Below, one piece after another: positions 1 to 10,392 of a DNA stretch of 53,024 bases. A model generated the notes under the pieces. That model made no database searches. It saw only the letters and a program-made list of their open reading frames with translations, and had not been told where the DNA came from. Position numbers and translations under genes: made by a program. Location of the stretch: sequence record PZ386956.1; one strand, given 5' to 3'. The stretch's first letter is position 1, and each line of letters begins with the position of its first letter. Origin of the DNA: a phage.

Positions 1-1449
1 ATGAATCTTGACTTTCACCTGCATGACAGACAAGGTGCCGCTCTGCGGTCTCAGGCAACTGAGATACTGTACGGAGGTGCCGCTGGTGGTGGTAAGTCTC
101 ACCTTATGCGTGTAATGTCAATTATCATGTGCTGCATGATACCTGACTTGCAGATTTACCTTTTCCGCCGAAACTATAACGACCTTACGGCTAACCACAT
201 GGTTGGTCCCACAAGTTATCCTGCCTTGCTGGATGGTATGTGCAAAGCTGGCAAGTGCAAGATTAACTACTCGAGCAACACTATCAAATTCTGGAATGGT
301 GCGAACATCAAGCTCTGTCACCTCCAGTATGAAAAAGATATTTATACCTACCAGGGTGCTGAGATTCACGTTCTGCTGATGGATGAGCTTACTCACTTCA
401 CAGAAACGATGTACCGCTTCTTGCGTAACCGTGTCCGACTCGGTGCTCTCAAAGTCCCTGAGAACTTTTTCCGGCCACTGCCCCTTATCTTTTGTGGGTC
501 AAACCCCGGCGGTGTTGGTCACAACTGGGTTAAGCGTACTTTCGTAACTGCTGCTCCTCCGATGAAAATCGTTAAGCAGGAAAAACGCGAAGGTGGTATG
601 GCGCGTCAGTACATACCAGCTAAGATGACTGATAACCCTACGTTGATGGAAAACGACCCTGACTACGGCGACCGTCTTGAAGGTCTTGGTGACCCGGCAC
701 TTGTTGCCGCGATGAAAGAAGGTGACTGGGATATTGTTGCAGGTGGTGCACTCGATGATGTGTGGTCAACCAAGTGCATTCTGCCTCGTATGCGTATTCC
801 GAAAGGCTGGACTATCGAACGTTCTCTCGACTGGGGTTCTACTCACCCGTTCTCTGTTGGTATCTGGGCTATTGCAAATGGCGCTTCGCTTACAGACGAC
901 GAAGGCAATGAGTACTTTATTCCGCGTGGTTCCATTATACGTATAGCTGAATGGTATGGGTGCTCTGAAAAAGAAGCTAACAGGGGTATTAAACTTTCTG
1001 CTGCCGAAGTTGCTCAAGGCGTTATCCGCTTACAGGAAAATCTGCAAGCTGGTGGCTGGATTCAAAGCAACGTTAATCCTGGTCCGGCTGATAGTCAAAT
1101 TTATGCGTGCAAGGAAAAAGACGTTGAGACTATCGCGAAGAAAATGGAAGACGAAGGCGTAACCTGGGTCAAGGCCGACAAGTCACAAGGTTCGAGAATA
1201 AATGGCTTAGAGCTATTCCGTCAGCTTCTGAAAAATGTTAAGATGGACGAAACGGAAAAGCCGGGCATTTATTTCATGGAAAACTGTCCAGCAGCCATAA
1301 ACACGTTGCCGGTTCTGCCGCGTGACAAGAACAACACGGAAGATGTCGACACGAACTCTGAAGACCACGTATACGATGATTGTCGTTACATGGTGTTGCG
1401 TGGCATCAACCGTTATACTACCAAGCTCAAAATAAATATGGGACGGTAA
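1..1449 (+). CDS. terL: terminase large subunit
   Basis: 482 aa; N-terminal Walker A GGAAGGGKS; ATPase then nuclease-like layout; portal gene starts 2 nt after its stop. Confidence 0.92.
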   Translation: MNLDFHLHDRQGAALRSQATEILYGGAAGGGKSHLMRVMSIIMCCMIPDLQIYLFRRNYNDLTANHMVGPTSYPALLDGMCKAGKCKINYSSNTIKFWNGANIKLCHLQYEKDIYTYQGAEIHVLLMDELTHFTETMYRFLRNRVRLGALKVPENFFRPLPLIFCGSNPGGVGHNWVKRTFVTAAPPMKIVKQEKREGGMARQYIPAKMTDNPTLMENDPDYGDRLEGLGDPALVAAMKEGDWDIVAGGALDDVWSTKCILPRMRIPKGWTIERSLDWGSTHPFSVGIWAIANGASLTDDEGNEYFIPRGSIIRIAEWYGCSEKEANRGIKLSAAEVAQGVIRLQENLQAGGWIQSNVNPGPADSQIYACKEKDVETIAKKMEDEGVTWVKADKSQGSRINGLELFRQLLKNVKMDETEKPGIYFMENCPAAINTLPVLPRDKNNTEDVDTNSEDHVYDDCRYMVLRGINRYTTKLKINMGR

Positions 1450-1450
1450 A

Positions 1451-3013
1451 ATGTCGATAACCCCAAGCAGCACGCCTAATGTCGGATACCAGCGTCCTGA
1501 GCTGACTAAGAACGCTGGTAAGTACCGAATGATTAAGGACTGCATCGAGGGGCAGGAAGCTGTTAAAGCACGCGGTGATTTTTATCTGCCTCGTCCTGAC
1601 CCTACGAACTGCACAGAAGAAAACCTGATGCGGTACAATTCGTACCTGCGTCGCGCTGTGTTCTATAACGTACTACAGCGAACTCTTTCGGGTATGACTG
1701 GCCTGGTATTCCAGCAGCAACCTGAGATGCTGATGCCTGATGATATGGAAGTGCTGAAAGTAAATATCGACGGTGCAGGTATCGGTGCTATTCAGCAAAT
1801 GCGTAAGTGCTTTAAATCAGTGCTTGCGTTTGGACGGGCAGGATTGCTGACTGACTTTCCAAAAGCACGTATCGGTGAGTTTGGTGAATCCATTGGTTTT
1901 ACCCGTAAAGAACTAATGGACGGAGAAGTGCAGCCGACAGTAACGCTGTACATGCCATGGCAGATTATAAACTGGCGAGAAGAGTATCGCAACGGCAAAG
2001 TGATGCTCACTCAAGTTGTCATTTGCGAGCAAATACCGGGGGTTACTGATGGCTTTCAGCAAGACTACACACCCGTGTGGCGTCACCTTTACCTGGATGA
2101 AGAAGGCAATTGCAACCAGTCTTTGTGGGTCAATAAGGGCGACAAGAACGCGCAGAACGTCTCCGGCGGCGCGGTGTATGTCACGCAAGAGAATGTTGTC
2201 CTACGCGACTCCAATGGCTTACCGCTGAAGTTTATTCCGTTCCAGTTTATTGGTTCTGAAACAAACAGCGCTGAGATTGACCCTCCGCCGATGTACGACT
2301 TAGCTGTGCTTAATATTGCACACTACCGTAACTCTGCTGACTACGAAGAATCATGCTTCGTAACAGGTCAACCCACAGTATGGGCTTCTGGACTTACTGA
2401 GGCCTGGGTTGAGGATGTGCTTAAAGGTGAACTGCGACTCGGTTCGTTTGGTGGTATTCCGCTGCCGGCTAACGCCGCTGTAGGTATCATTCAGACCAGT
2501 CCTAACACTCAGCCGTTTGAAGCGATGAAGCAAAAAGAAGCACAGATGATTGCAATCGGTGCTCGACTCATTCGTGAGAATGGTAAGGTAGAACGACGCG
2601 AAGTTGAGATTAAGAATGAAGCTGCATCTGAGGCTTCGCTTATCGTAACTGTTGCGCAGAACGTTGAAGCTGCTTATCGGAAAGCAATCGAATGGTGTGG
2701 CCTGTTCTACGGACACCCTAAAGAAGAAATTACGATTAACCTCAGCTACAACTTCATCTATAGCCAGTTGACTTATCAAGAACGTCAGCAGCTGGTTAAC
2801 GAATGGATTGCTGGTGCTATCACGTTCAGTGAGATGCGTAGTAATCTCAAACAGGCTGGCATTGCTAAACTCACTGACGAAGAAGCTAAGAAGCTCATTG
2901 ATGAAGAGCTGGCTGAACGTGATGCACGTGAGGTAGCAAAAGAAGCAGAAAAGAACGCTCAAGCAGCTAAGAACAGCGATGGGCAGGAAAATAATCCAGA
3001 AAAAACTGAATAA
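1451..3013 (+). CDS. portal protein
   Basis: 520-aa ORF immediately downstream of terL (conserved head-gene order); acidic C-terminus; ATG at 1451 after TAA. Confidence 0.8.
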   Translation: MSITPSSTPNVGYQRPELTKNAGKYRMIKDCIEGQEAVKARGDFYLPRPDPTNCTEENLMRYNSYLRRAVFYNVLQRTLSGMTGLVFQQQPEMLMPDDMEVLKVNIDGAGIGAIQQMRKCFKSVLAFGRAGLLTDFPKARIGEFGESIGFTRKELMDGEVQPTVTLYMPWQIINWREEYRNGKVMLTQVVICEQIPGVTDGFQQDYTPVWRHLYLDEEGNCNQSLWVNKGDKNAQNVSGGAVYVTQENVVLRDSNGLPLKFIPFQFIGSETNSAEIDPPPMYDLAVLNIAHYRNSADYEESCFVTGQPTVWASGLTEAWVEDVLKGELRLGSFGGIPLPANAAVGIIQTSPNTQPFEAMKQKEAQMIAIGARLIRENGKVERREVEIKNEAASEASLIVTVAQNVEAAYRKAIEWCGLFYGHPKEEITINLSYNFIYSQLTYQERQQLVNEWIAGAITFSEMRSNLKQAGIAKLTDEEAKKLIDEELAERDAREVAKEAEKNAQAAKNSDGQENNPEKTE

Positions 3014-3018
3014 AGCTA

Positions 3019-3047
3019 TTTACTTTCGGTTTACCTGGCTATATAAT
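3019..3047 (+). promoter_or_regulatory. sigma70-type promoter TTTACT-N17-TATAAT
   Basis: Exact TTTACT (3019-3024), 17-nt spacer, TATAAT (3042-3047) upstream of the scaffold-capsid operon; same consensus recurs at several module boundaries. Confidence 0.45.
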
Positions 3048-3190
3048 CCTTCATGTCAACCGCGCAACAGCCGGCCACGAGAGTCTGCAGGGCTCAGTGG
3101 ATTTCGGATGGCTGGCTGCGCGGTTTGACCCAAACCTGTTCAGAGCCCACTTGAGTGGATTGAGCCCCTCTCATATAGGATTGTAAAATT

Positions 3191-3904
3191 ATGGCACTTA
3201 AAACAGTTGTAACTGACCTTACCGAAGTTGATGAAGGCTTCCGTGGCCTGTATATCAAAGACGAAGCATCTGGCGCATTCCGTTTGGACGTTGAACCAGA
3301 CGAAAAAACGCTGAAAGAATTAGAAGACCTGCGCAAAGAAAAACAGCGTATGGAACAGCACACCAAAAAGCTTCTCGAAGAAAAGAAAAAAGAAGCTGAA
3401 CGTGCTCGCCTGGCTGAAGAAGAACGCGCACGTCGTGAGCGTGATGTTGAATCTCTTGAGCGCTCTATCAAAGAGAAACATCAGGCTGAACTGGAACAGT
3501 ATACTAATCGTCAGGCACAGCTGCAAGCTCAGCTGGAAGCGCAAATGGTTGATAACCTGGCGCTGAACCTGGCTAACCAACTCTCTGACACCCCGGCACT
3601 TATTATGCCACACATCAAGGCCCGACTGCGCGCTCAGGAAATTGATGGTAAGTGGCGTACTACTGTCGTGGATGTTATGGGTAACCCGACTGCTACAACG
3701 CCAGATGAACTAGTGGAACATATGCGCGCTGATAAGCAGTTTGCACCTCTTGTGCGTGGAACCAAGGCTGGCGGTGGCGGTGCCAACGGCGGCGGAGCTA
3801 ATCCTGGTGGGAACGGCGGTGGCGAACAGCACACTTTCGGAGGCGGGGACGACCGCATAGCACGTGCTCGTGCTAAAATCCAAAACACACAATGGGGCAA
3901 ATAA
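3191..3904 (+). CDS. head scaffolding protein
   Basis: 237 aa; charged E/K/R-rich helical centre (EEKKKEAERARLAEEERARRERD), Gly-rich C-terminal tail; directly precedes the capsid gene. Confidence 0.6.
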   Translation: MALKTVVTDLTEVDEGFRGLYIKDEASGAFRLDVEPDEKTLKELEDLRKEKQRMEQHTKKLLEEKKKEAERARLAEEERARRERDVESLERSIKEKHQAELEQYTNRQAQLQAQLEAQMVDNLALNLANQLSDTPALIMPHIKARLRAQEIDGKWRTTVVDVMGNPTATTPDELVEHMRADKQFAPLVRGTKAGGGGANGGGANPGGNGGGEQHTFGGGDDRIARARAKIQNTQWGK

Positions 3905-3907
3905 TTT

Positions 3908-4885
3908 ATGTCACTGTATATTTTTAACGAACAAGTACGTTCTACCGCCACCGAACTGGTCGACCAGGACGTACAGAAGTTTAACGAAGCTTCTGCTGGT
4001 ACCCTTATCCTGGGTAACCAGTACGTAATCGGTGATTACGTTGAGCAGGCAATGTGGCAGCTGGTTGACGGTATCGCTACTCGTCGTAACGCTTACGCAG
4101 GCACCAACAAAGTTGATGCGCAGACTCTGGGCCAGATTCTGGACCGTTCTGTTAAGATCGACGGCCGTGTTGGTCCTCTGAACATTACCGGTACTATGAT
4201 GCGTCGCATCGGTGCAGGTGATACTGAACCAGCAGCTGTTGTTGCTGCACAGGCTTCTGCTGCGATGTTCCAGGATTACCTGAACACCACTGCTGCATGT
4301 CTGGTAGCTGCTATCGGCGCAAACGCTGATGTTGTTCTGGACGTAACTGCAGGCTCTGGTGCTGCTGCAAACATCACTATGCAGAACCTGAACAAAGTCA
4401 ACGCGAAGATGGGTGACCGTTCTCAGCAGATTCGTGCATACATCATGCATTCTACTGCGTTCCACTCTCTCATCGACCAGGCCATCAACAACACGGAACA
4501 CCTGTTCCAGATTGGTGACCTGAACGTGTACAAAGACTTCCTGGGTCGTCGTTATGTCGTTTCCGACATCCCGGCTCTGGTTGATGGCGCCGGTGCTTCC
4601 GCTAAGTACCGCACTCTGGGTCTGACCCCGTCTGCTGCAATCGTTCAGGTCGGCGGCCTGTACGACATGGTTACCTCCGAGCAAACCGGTGGTGAAAACA
4701 TCCTGCGTCAGATGCAGGGTGAATACGACTTCAACGTGTCGCTGAAAGGCTACAGCTGGGTCGGTCACAAAGCTGGTCAGTCTCCGACTGATGAAGACCT
4801 GGCTGCTCAGGCGTCCTGGTCTAAAGTTGCGACTTCCAACAAAGACACCGCTGGTGTTATGTTGCTGGCTAAGTCTGCAATCTAA
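3908..4885 (+). CDS. major capsid protein
   Basis: 325-aa ORF 4 nt after the scaffold gene; Ala/Gly/Val-rich composition; followed by a strong intrinsic terminator. Confidence 0.8.
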   Translation: MSLYIFNEQVRSTATELVDQDVQKFNEASAGTLILGNQYVIGDYVEQAMWQLVDGIATRRNAYAGTNKVDAQTLGQILDRSVKIDGRVGPLNITGTMMRRIGAGDTEPAAVVAAQASAAMFQDYLNTTAACLVAAIGANADVVLDVTAGSGAAANITMQNLNKVNAKMGDRSQQIRAYIMHSTAFHSLIDQAINNTEHLFQIGDLNVYKDFLGRRYVVSDIPALVDGAGASAKYRTLGLTPSAAIVQVGGLYDMVTSEQTGGENILRQMQGEYDFNVSLKGYSWVGHKAGQSPTDEDLAAQASWSKVATSNKDTAGVMLLAKSAI

Positions 4886-4907
4886 CCCACAAACGGGACT
4901 AACAAAC

Positions 4908-4937
4908 GGCGAGCTGACTAGCTCGCCTTTTTTATTT
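4908..4937 (+). terminator. rho-independent terminator after capsid gene
   Basis: GGCGAGCT-gact-AGCTCGCC hairpin followed by TTTTTTATTT. Confidence 0.7.
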
Positions 4938-4963
4938 ACACGTATAAAGTTCTGGTATATAAT
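4935..4963 (+). promoter_or_regulatory. sigma70-type promoter TTTACA-N17-TATAAT
   Basis: TTTACA 4935-4940, 17-nt spacer, TATAAT 4958-4963, immediately after the capsid terminator and before the neck genes. Confidence 0.45.
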
Positions 4964-4989
4964 CGGACTAAACTTGCTGGAGGCTTTCT

Positions 4990-5490
4990 ATGGCATACAC
5001 ACTTGTTGTGGAAGACGGTTCAATTGTTCCGGGTGCTAACTCGTATGTTAGTGCTGCAGAAGTGGATGAGTTTATCACTAACGAAGGTATTCTCATTCAA
5101 CCAGGAACTGACCCGTACTACCAGGCTGCCAAAGCAGCTATTCGACTGGACAACCAATTTAACTGGTTAGGTCGTAAGGTCAGCAAAGCGCAGAACATGG
5201 CTTGGCCACGTACTGGCCTCGGCGCATGTAATGTTGATATAGCGGAATCTGTAATTCCGCGAGAAGTTAAGCTGGCACAGCTTTATATGCTGGCTAGCGT
5301 ATTGAGCTACGACGGCGAGGAAGGTGTACGCGGTGACCAGGCTTTGCGCCGTAAGAAAGTTGGTAACCTGGAGATTGAATACTTCGACTCCAAGTCAGGT
5401 GTTACCGGTGCAACTGACCTTTGGACTTCAGACGTCAAGGTCATGCTCAAGCACCTTGTGGGTGCATCACTGAGAACGCGGAGAGTATAA
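4990..5490 (+). CDS. head-tail connector/adaptor protein (putative)
   Basis: 166-aa ORF, first gene after capsid, RBS GGAGG upstream; assignment from position in head module only. Confidence 0.5.
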   Translation: MAYTLVVEDGSIVPGANSYVSAAEVDEFITNEGILIQPGTDPYYQAAKAAIRLDNQFNWLGRKVSKAQNMAWPRTGLGACNVDIAESVIPREVKLAQLYMLASVLSYDGEEGVRGDQALRRKKVGNLEIEYFDSKSGVTGATDLWTSDVKVMLKHLVGASLRTRRV

Positions 5491-5978
5491 TGATTCGCAT
5501 ACGCCTTTACCGTCGTGACAAACAAAAGTTCGAGTACACCTACCGTGCCTTTAAGTCATTCGAAGGTCAAGGCGTATCAGTAGGTGTTCACCCAGAACAT
5601 AACAGACGTGTAAACCCCAGGGACCGTATAACAAACGCAGAGCTAGCAATGGTGCATGAATACGGTCTCAACGGTCTGCCAGAACGAAGCTTTCTTCGTA
5701 GTGCTGTTGGTGGCAGGGGTAAAGGCCGACAGGCAATAAACAAAGCTTTCCGTGATAATGTGCCTGCTGTTCTCAGAGGAAGCATGACTGTGCATGAGCT
5801 CAACGACAAAATAGGTCGTATGCTTGTTGACGCTGTTCACGACAGAATGGACAGTGACGTGCCACCTCCTAACACCGAGCTGACAGAAGAACGCAAACGC
5901 GGACCTGGTACGCTTAGAGAATCTATGCAGTTGTACGATTCGATAGGGTACAAGGTCGGCAGAAACTGGAGGCTATAA
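5490..5978 (+). CDS. head completion / neck protein (putative)
   Basis: Start moved to ATG at 5490 (TAATG overlap with upstream stop, RBS GGAGAG); track ORF begins earlier at 5421. Function from position. Confidence 0.45.
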   Translation: MIRIRLYRRDKQKFEYTYRAFKSFEGQGVSVGVHPEHNRRVNPRDRITNAELAMVHEYGLNGLPERSFLRSAVGGRGKGRQAINKAFRDNVPAVLRGSMTVHELNDKIGRMLVDAVHDRMDSDVPPPNTELTEERKRGPGTLRESMQLYDSIGYKVGRNWRL

Positions 5979-6355
5979 TGCTCAAGATAACTTCGCTAAT
6001 GAAGGATAAAACCTTTGTAGCATTAACGGATGTTCTTCTCCGAAACGATTCGCGCTTACCAAATGGCGACTTCGAAGACGAATATACAGCTGCAAAGTAT
6101 CTGTGTAACATTCAACCTGGTGCAGCTACCAACCAGCCTAACCTGTTGACTAAAGACGATGGCGAGCATGAGTTCCCACGTATTGCGATATACAGTGGAC
6201 AAGAGCTGAAGCTCGGAGACTTCGTTATATACGAAGACCAACCCTACCGTGTATTCCGTATCGACCCATGGAGTCGTCATGGCCACTACTACGTTACAGC
6301 AATTCTCCATAAAGGACCTCAGGGAGCTCGTTCAGAAGCTTTTACCATTACCTGA
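5978..6355 (+). CDS. neck/tail completion protein (hypothetical)
   Basis: 125-aa ORF coupled to the upstream stop; 3' end overlaps the next ORF. Confidence 0.4.
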   Translation: MLKITSLMKDKTFVALTDVLLRNDSRLPNGDFEDEYTAAKYLCNIQPGAATNQPNLLTKDDGEHEFPRIAIYSGQELKLGDFVIYEDQPYRVFRIDPWSRHGHYYVTAILHKGPQGARSEAFTIT

Positions 6356-6806
6356 CGGGACATGTATTATTGGTGAAGAGTCTGGTACAGTTGACGGTAG
6401 TCCGTATGTTTACTTGCGCCCTGGCGACGCATATGACTTCGGACCTCCTCGAACCAGACAAGGCGCTGACGGCTTTGAGTACGTCAGTAAGCCTATGATG
6501 ACATCTGTACGTATTACAGCTGTCGGTAAGAATGCTGCTGAGCTAATGCGTAAGCTACACATAGCACTGGGTAGTTCACCAGCTAAGCAGTTTAACCGTT
6601 TACGACATTATGCAATAACCAAAATATCGAAGATTGATAATGTCGGTGGTGCTATCGGTGCAGGCTATGCCCAGAAGTCAATGATGACTGTCGACATTAG
6701 CTATGTACATAAAGTTAAAATTGAGCAACCGTACATCTACAAGGTTGACATCACTTGTATGGATGATAACGGTAACAAAGCGACTGGTACAGTAGAGGAA
6801 CCGTAA
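6279..6806 (+). CDS. hypothetical virion protein
   Basis: Start chosen at ATG 6279 (MATTTLQQF) with GGAG 5 nt upstream; track ORF starts 6249; overlaps previous gene by 77 nt in another frame. Confidence 0.4.
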   Translation: MATTTLQQFSIKDLRELVQKLLPLPDGTCIIGEESGTVDGSPYVYLRPGDAYDFGPPRTRQGADGFEYVSKPMMTSVRITAVGKNAAELMRKLHIALGSSPAKQFNRLRHYAITKISKIDNVGGAIGAGYAQKSMMTVDISYVHKVKIEQPYIYKVDITCMDDNGNKATGTVEEP

Positions 6807-7429
6807 TGGCAACTGAAGTAGACCCGGAACTGCAAGCGCAGCTGGATAAGCTAACAACTGCTGTCCAGCTCATTCATGACTTCGGTATGTCAGACAACCC
6901 AAACATCCCTAACCCAGAAGGTGGTGTCATACGCACACTCGAAGGCATTAACGCTGCAATCAATGAAGCTATACCAAACTTTGAAAATGCTAACGAAGCT
7001 GCTATCCAGGCGCGCGCTGCTCGTGATGCAGCTATTGCAGCCAAAGAAGCTGCAGAAGCCGCAGCTGAACAGGCTACAGTATCTTCGACGTCAGCAATCT
7101 ATGAGTATGGCAACGTTGCAAGTGCAGCTACCGTAACTATACCTGCTGCATCTAAAACAATTGTCAGCCTTACTCTTAACCAGCCAAACACCGTAATTAA
7201 TATCGGTGGTGTATCTGACCCGTCTACTGTTGCACGTCAGATTACTATTGCTATTAAGCAAGGCACTGGTTCTAACAAGGTGACTTCTTGGGATCCAAGA
7301 ATAAAATGGGCCAACAACAGGAAGCCCGTTCTGTCATTCCTTGTGGGTTACACAGATGTTGTTACGTTGCTGACCTTTGACTCAGGCGCAACTTGGATGG
7401 GTTTCTTTAACGGTGGATGGATTAAATAA
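6806..7429 (+). CDS. hypothetical virion protein
   Basis: 207 aa; Ala/Glu-rich helical segment then beta-rich C-terminus; ATG overlaps upstream stop. Confidence 0.45.
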   Translation: MATEVDPELQAQLDKLTTAVQLIHDFGMSDNPNIPNPEGGVIRTLEGINAAINEAIPNFENANEAAIQARAARDAAIAAKEAAEAAAEQATVSSTSAIYEYGNVASAATVTIPAASKTIVSLTLNQPNTVINIGGVSDPSTVARQITIAIKQGTGSNKVTSWDPRIKWANNRKPVLSFLVGYTDVVTLLTFDSGATWMGFFNGGWIK

Positions 7430-10386
7430 TGCACACGATGTTGCTTAAAGACGGATCAGACCATCGAGCTAATGTCGAAAGCCTTATCGAAGGTCACCAC
7501 CACTTTCTTGAGCGCAATACTGGTAGAACTGACGACGCTACGCGTCAGCACTATATCTTCAACCCAGAAGGAGTAGTGTCGAACAACCGCCATTTTATTG
7601 CGCACACTATGATGGAGTACCAACCTAACGGTGATGCTCCGTCTGAAAGTCAGTCGCTGCTGATACTCGGCGAAATTCACGCGTATCTTGCTACTAAGGA
7701 ACAGCGGTATCTGGACAAAGCAATTGAGTACTTCAATGCTTACGTCAAATACTATTACGAGGGTGACCCAATCCCTGATACTCCTCGTCGCTGGATCGCT
7801 AACTGGCTTTGTAATGGCAAAGAGCCTGTGCTAGCCAGCTTCCCGATCAACCCTGATTCACCAACACAGGGTGGATATAAAAATGTGCCAGTTAAATTTG
7901 TTAACGGCAAAGCACAAATCCCTCATGGTTCTCCTTTCTGGGGCGAGTACCTGGATGTTGCTACTTGGGCCCACAGGGGGCACATGGCGTGGCCTGCTAT
8001 TAACGGTGGTGTCCGTGTTATTAAAAATAAAGTTGACTGGGACGATATTTACAACAATTATCGCATCACTACCATGCCAGCTGACCCGTGGAATCAGTTA
8101 GCCTGGATTGACTGGCCGAGGTATCTGGGCGAACCAAGCTACACTGTGGACTGGTCAGCTGCTGAACCTCCTGTACATCTCATCGAGTATATTGTTGCAT
8201 GGACCAATAACAAGATTGGTGTTCTGCCTGGCAAAAACGATGAGCTATGGGGAGGCGAGATTCTTGAGACTGGACTACCTGACTCTCGTAGAGGTGAGAT
8301 TCAACTCCGTGACCACACTGTTAACGGTGTGTATCTGCTTAACTATGCCGTTAAGCTTCCTGTTGAACACGGTGGTTATTTACTTAAGCGAAATGAAGTA
8401 TGGCACAACAGACCGGTAAACGTTCCATTGTACGGTGAGCTTCAACGCGGTAATGCTGCTGATGCTGAGTTGTGGTTCTGTGACTGCTGCTATATGCTGT
8501 GGCGAATTACTAACGAGCAAAAGTATTACAATGCTTGGCGAGCTGTCCTGTTTACACTGGAGGAGTATATTGATATTGATAAACAAGACCAGTTCTTCAG
8601 ACAAGACCCTCACGCGTCGTCTCCGTTTACTGATGGCATCTCTTATGATTGGACTTATCCTGAACTGGCACAAGCTATATATTCACGTGATGAAAATGGT
8701 TATATAGTTCTACGTCAGAACCAAAAAGCTCAATCATCTCTGGAGCAACAGGCTGTATGGTTTAAGTGTAAGCCAACAGCTAAGATACGTACCGCTGTTG
8801 GTGGTAAAGATGACGCTGGTCAGAATATCAGTGTCAAGGTGGAAATGTACATGAACCGTGAAAAGGTTGACGTCGAGCAAAACATCTATCGTTTTGTCAC
8901 ACAGCTACCTGCTCTTGGTGCTTCTCCTGCTAACTACGACATTCCGTTAAGCGATTTTGTCGCAGGTACTAAGCCAGACGGTTCTGAGTATATCTTAGCT
9001 GATATTCGTTCATCCACTGATTATGGTAATGCCACTATTGCAGTGTCCTATCGTACTGACATACTCGACAACAGACGTGGCAACACTGTTCGTATGACTA
9101 TACCTGATAGTTCGTCAGGTGCCATTATAGGCTTTTGGTTACTGGAATCTTCCCAGGCACCTTTAAACTCGCTGACGTATACTTCTACAGGTCCGTTGTA
9201 CATCAAAGTAACTGACGCGCAAGGCTGGAGCTGGGTACGTGATTTACCTGCCGCGTCAGGCTGGGTAACTCAGCAGATTCGTACATGGGAGTTCAGGCTG
9301 GCGTCATACCAGGAAAACCCAGGTACACCACCTACCAGCCCACAATTCGGCGAGATTAAGCAGTTCTCGTTTGTACTGCCTGACGGCGTTAATACGTCGA
9401 CAAGTATTAGCTGGTACTGTGTGAATGATGTTCCGCCTCGCTATAACTGGCCAATTGGTTACACGATTAAGTATCGTCTTACTTTCTCGGCAGATAACCC
9501 GTACACAGCTAGGCTTGGCGACTGTACTGTGCTGGACTATGAGAATGATAACCTTGCTTACACGCCAGGTGTTATTCCGTTCTCCAACATTTATAACCCT
9601 GATTCTAAGCAGTTCGATGGTTGGCACGGTATACCTTACCCTGGCTATCAGTATCCGTTTGTCTTTACGCATGACGATACTGCAGCAGGTACAATCAGGC
9701 TGAACAACATGGTTAACTTTTTGTACGATTCTCAGCAATGGTACTATAAGAAGTTTGGTCAGCTAGGTCCTGGTGCATCTGCTTTTATCTGGAACCGTTG
9801 GGATAACTTTAAATACGGTGTACCTGATACGTTTACCATGTATCACTGGGGTAATGGTAGTGCATGGTCAGGTTACCAGCCTCGTGCTTATTTCTCCGCA
9901 GCACGTGGATGGTATGAGCTAGTAAACCGTGGTAAGCCAGTTCCGAGTAAGCTTATTGCTTATGTGGATAACTGGTCAAAATGGTTGCTTGACTTCATGG
10001 AAAGGTCAGGAGGTGTGTCGCCTTCTAACTTCCCACAAGAAGGTGTTGCTCTGCCAGTCCCTTCAGACTTCACAGGTCACATGTGCGGACTATGGCTCGC
10101 TGGTGCAGCTATGTCAGCCCTTTGTGGGTCAACAGTATCAGGACTGGATAAGCTGATGGACATGCTTGTCAATGAGCTGGAAGACCATTACGACATAACT
10201 GGTATTCCGGGGCATGTAATGGATGGTGGTTGGTCACCAGCGTTACGCCTTGAAACTGGTTCAGGACCTGAAAGCAACGCCATGTACTATGGTTTTTACT
10301 CTGGCGAAATATTACGAGGGTTGGGCTTATACCTGCTGTACAAAAACAAAGGGGCTAAAGCAGATATTTATGATTTAGGCCCGTAA
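7429..10386 (+). CDS. large virion-associated protein (fibre/tailspike-like, function unknown)
   Basis: 985 aa, Trp/Tyr/Asn/Gly-rich, coupled to upstream gene; sits between neck genes and Ig-like proteins. Confidence 0.55.
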   Translation: MHTMLLKDGSDHRANVESLIEGHHHFLERNTGRTDDATRQHYIFNPEGVVSNNRHFIAHTMMEYQPNGDAPSESQSLLILGEIHAYLATKEQRYLDKAIEYFNAYVKYYYEGDPIPDTPRRWIANWLCNGKEPVLASFPINPDSPTQGGYKNVPVKFVNGKAQIPHGSPFWGEYLDVATWAHRGHMAWPAINGGVRVIKNKVDWDDIYNNYRITTMPADPWNQLAWIDWPRYLGEPSYTVDWSAAEPPVHLIEYIVAWTNNKIGVLPGKNDELWGGEILETGLPDSRRGEIQLRDHTVNGVYLLNYAVKLPVEHGGYLLKRNEVWHNRPVNVPLYGELQRGNAADAELWFCDCCYMLWRITNEQKYYNAWRAVLFTLEEYIDIDKQDQFFRQDPHASSPFTDGISYDWTYPELAQAIYSRDENGYIVLRQNQKAQSSLEQQAVWFKCKPTAKIRTAVGGKDDAGQNISVKVEMYMNREKVDVEQNIYRFVTQLPALGASPANYDIPLSDFVAGTKPDGSEYILADIRSSTDYGNATIAVSYRTDILDNRRGNTVRMTIPDSSSGAIIGFWLLESSQAPLNSLTYTSTGPLYIKVTDAQGWSWVRDLPAASGWVTQQIRTWEFRLASYQENPGTPPTSPQFGEIKQFSFVLPDGVNTSTSISWYCVNDVPPRYNWPIGYTIKYRLTFSADNPYTARLGDCTVLDYENDNLAYTPGVIPFSNIYNPDSKQFDGWHGIPYPGYQYPFVFTHDDTAAGTIRLNNMVNFLYDSQQWYYKKFGQLGPGASAFIWNRWDNFKYGVPDTFTMYHWGNGSAWSGYQPRAYFSAARGWYELVNRGKPVPSKLIAYVDNWSKWLLDFMERSGGVSPSNFPQEGVALPVPSDFTGHMCGLWLAGAAMSALCGSTVSGLDKLMDMLVNELEDHYDITGIPGHVMDGGWSPALRLETGSGPESNAMYYGFYSGEILRGLGLYLLYKNKGAKADIYDLGP

Positions 10387-10392
10387 CCACTA

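Noticed and set aside
3911-4768. 285-aa ORF on the minus strand inside the major capsid gene
   Set aside because: Antisense to a well-supported structural gene, with Thr/Val/Ser-rich low-complexity translation typical of a mirror frame.
8380-8707. Small ORFs on both strands inside the 985-aa gene
   Set aside because: Embedded in a long, continuous plus-strand coding frame; no start signals.
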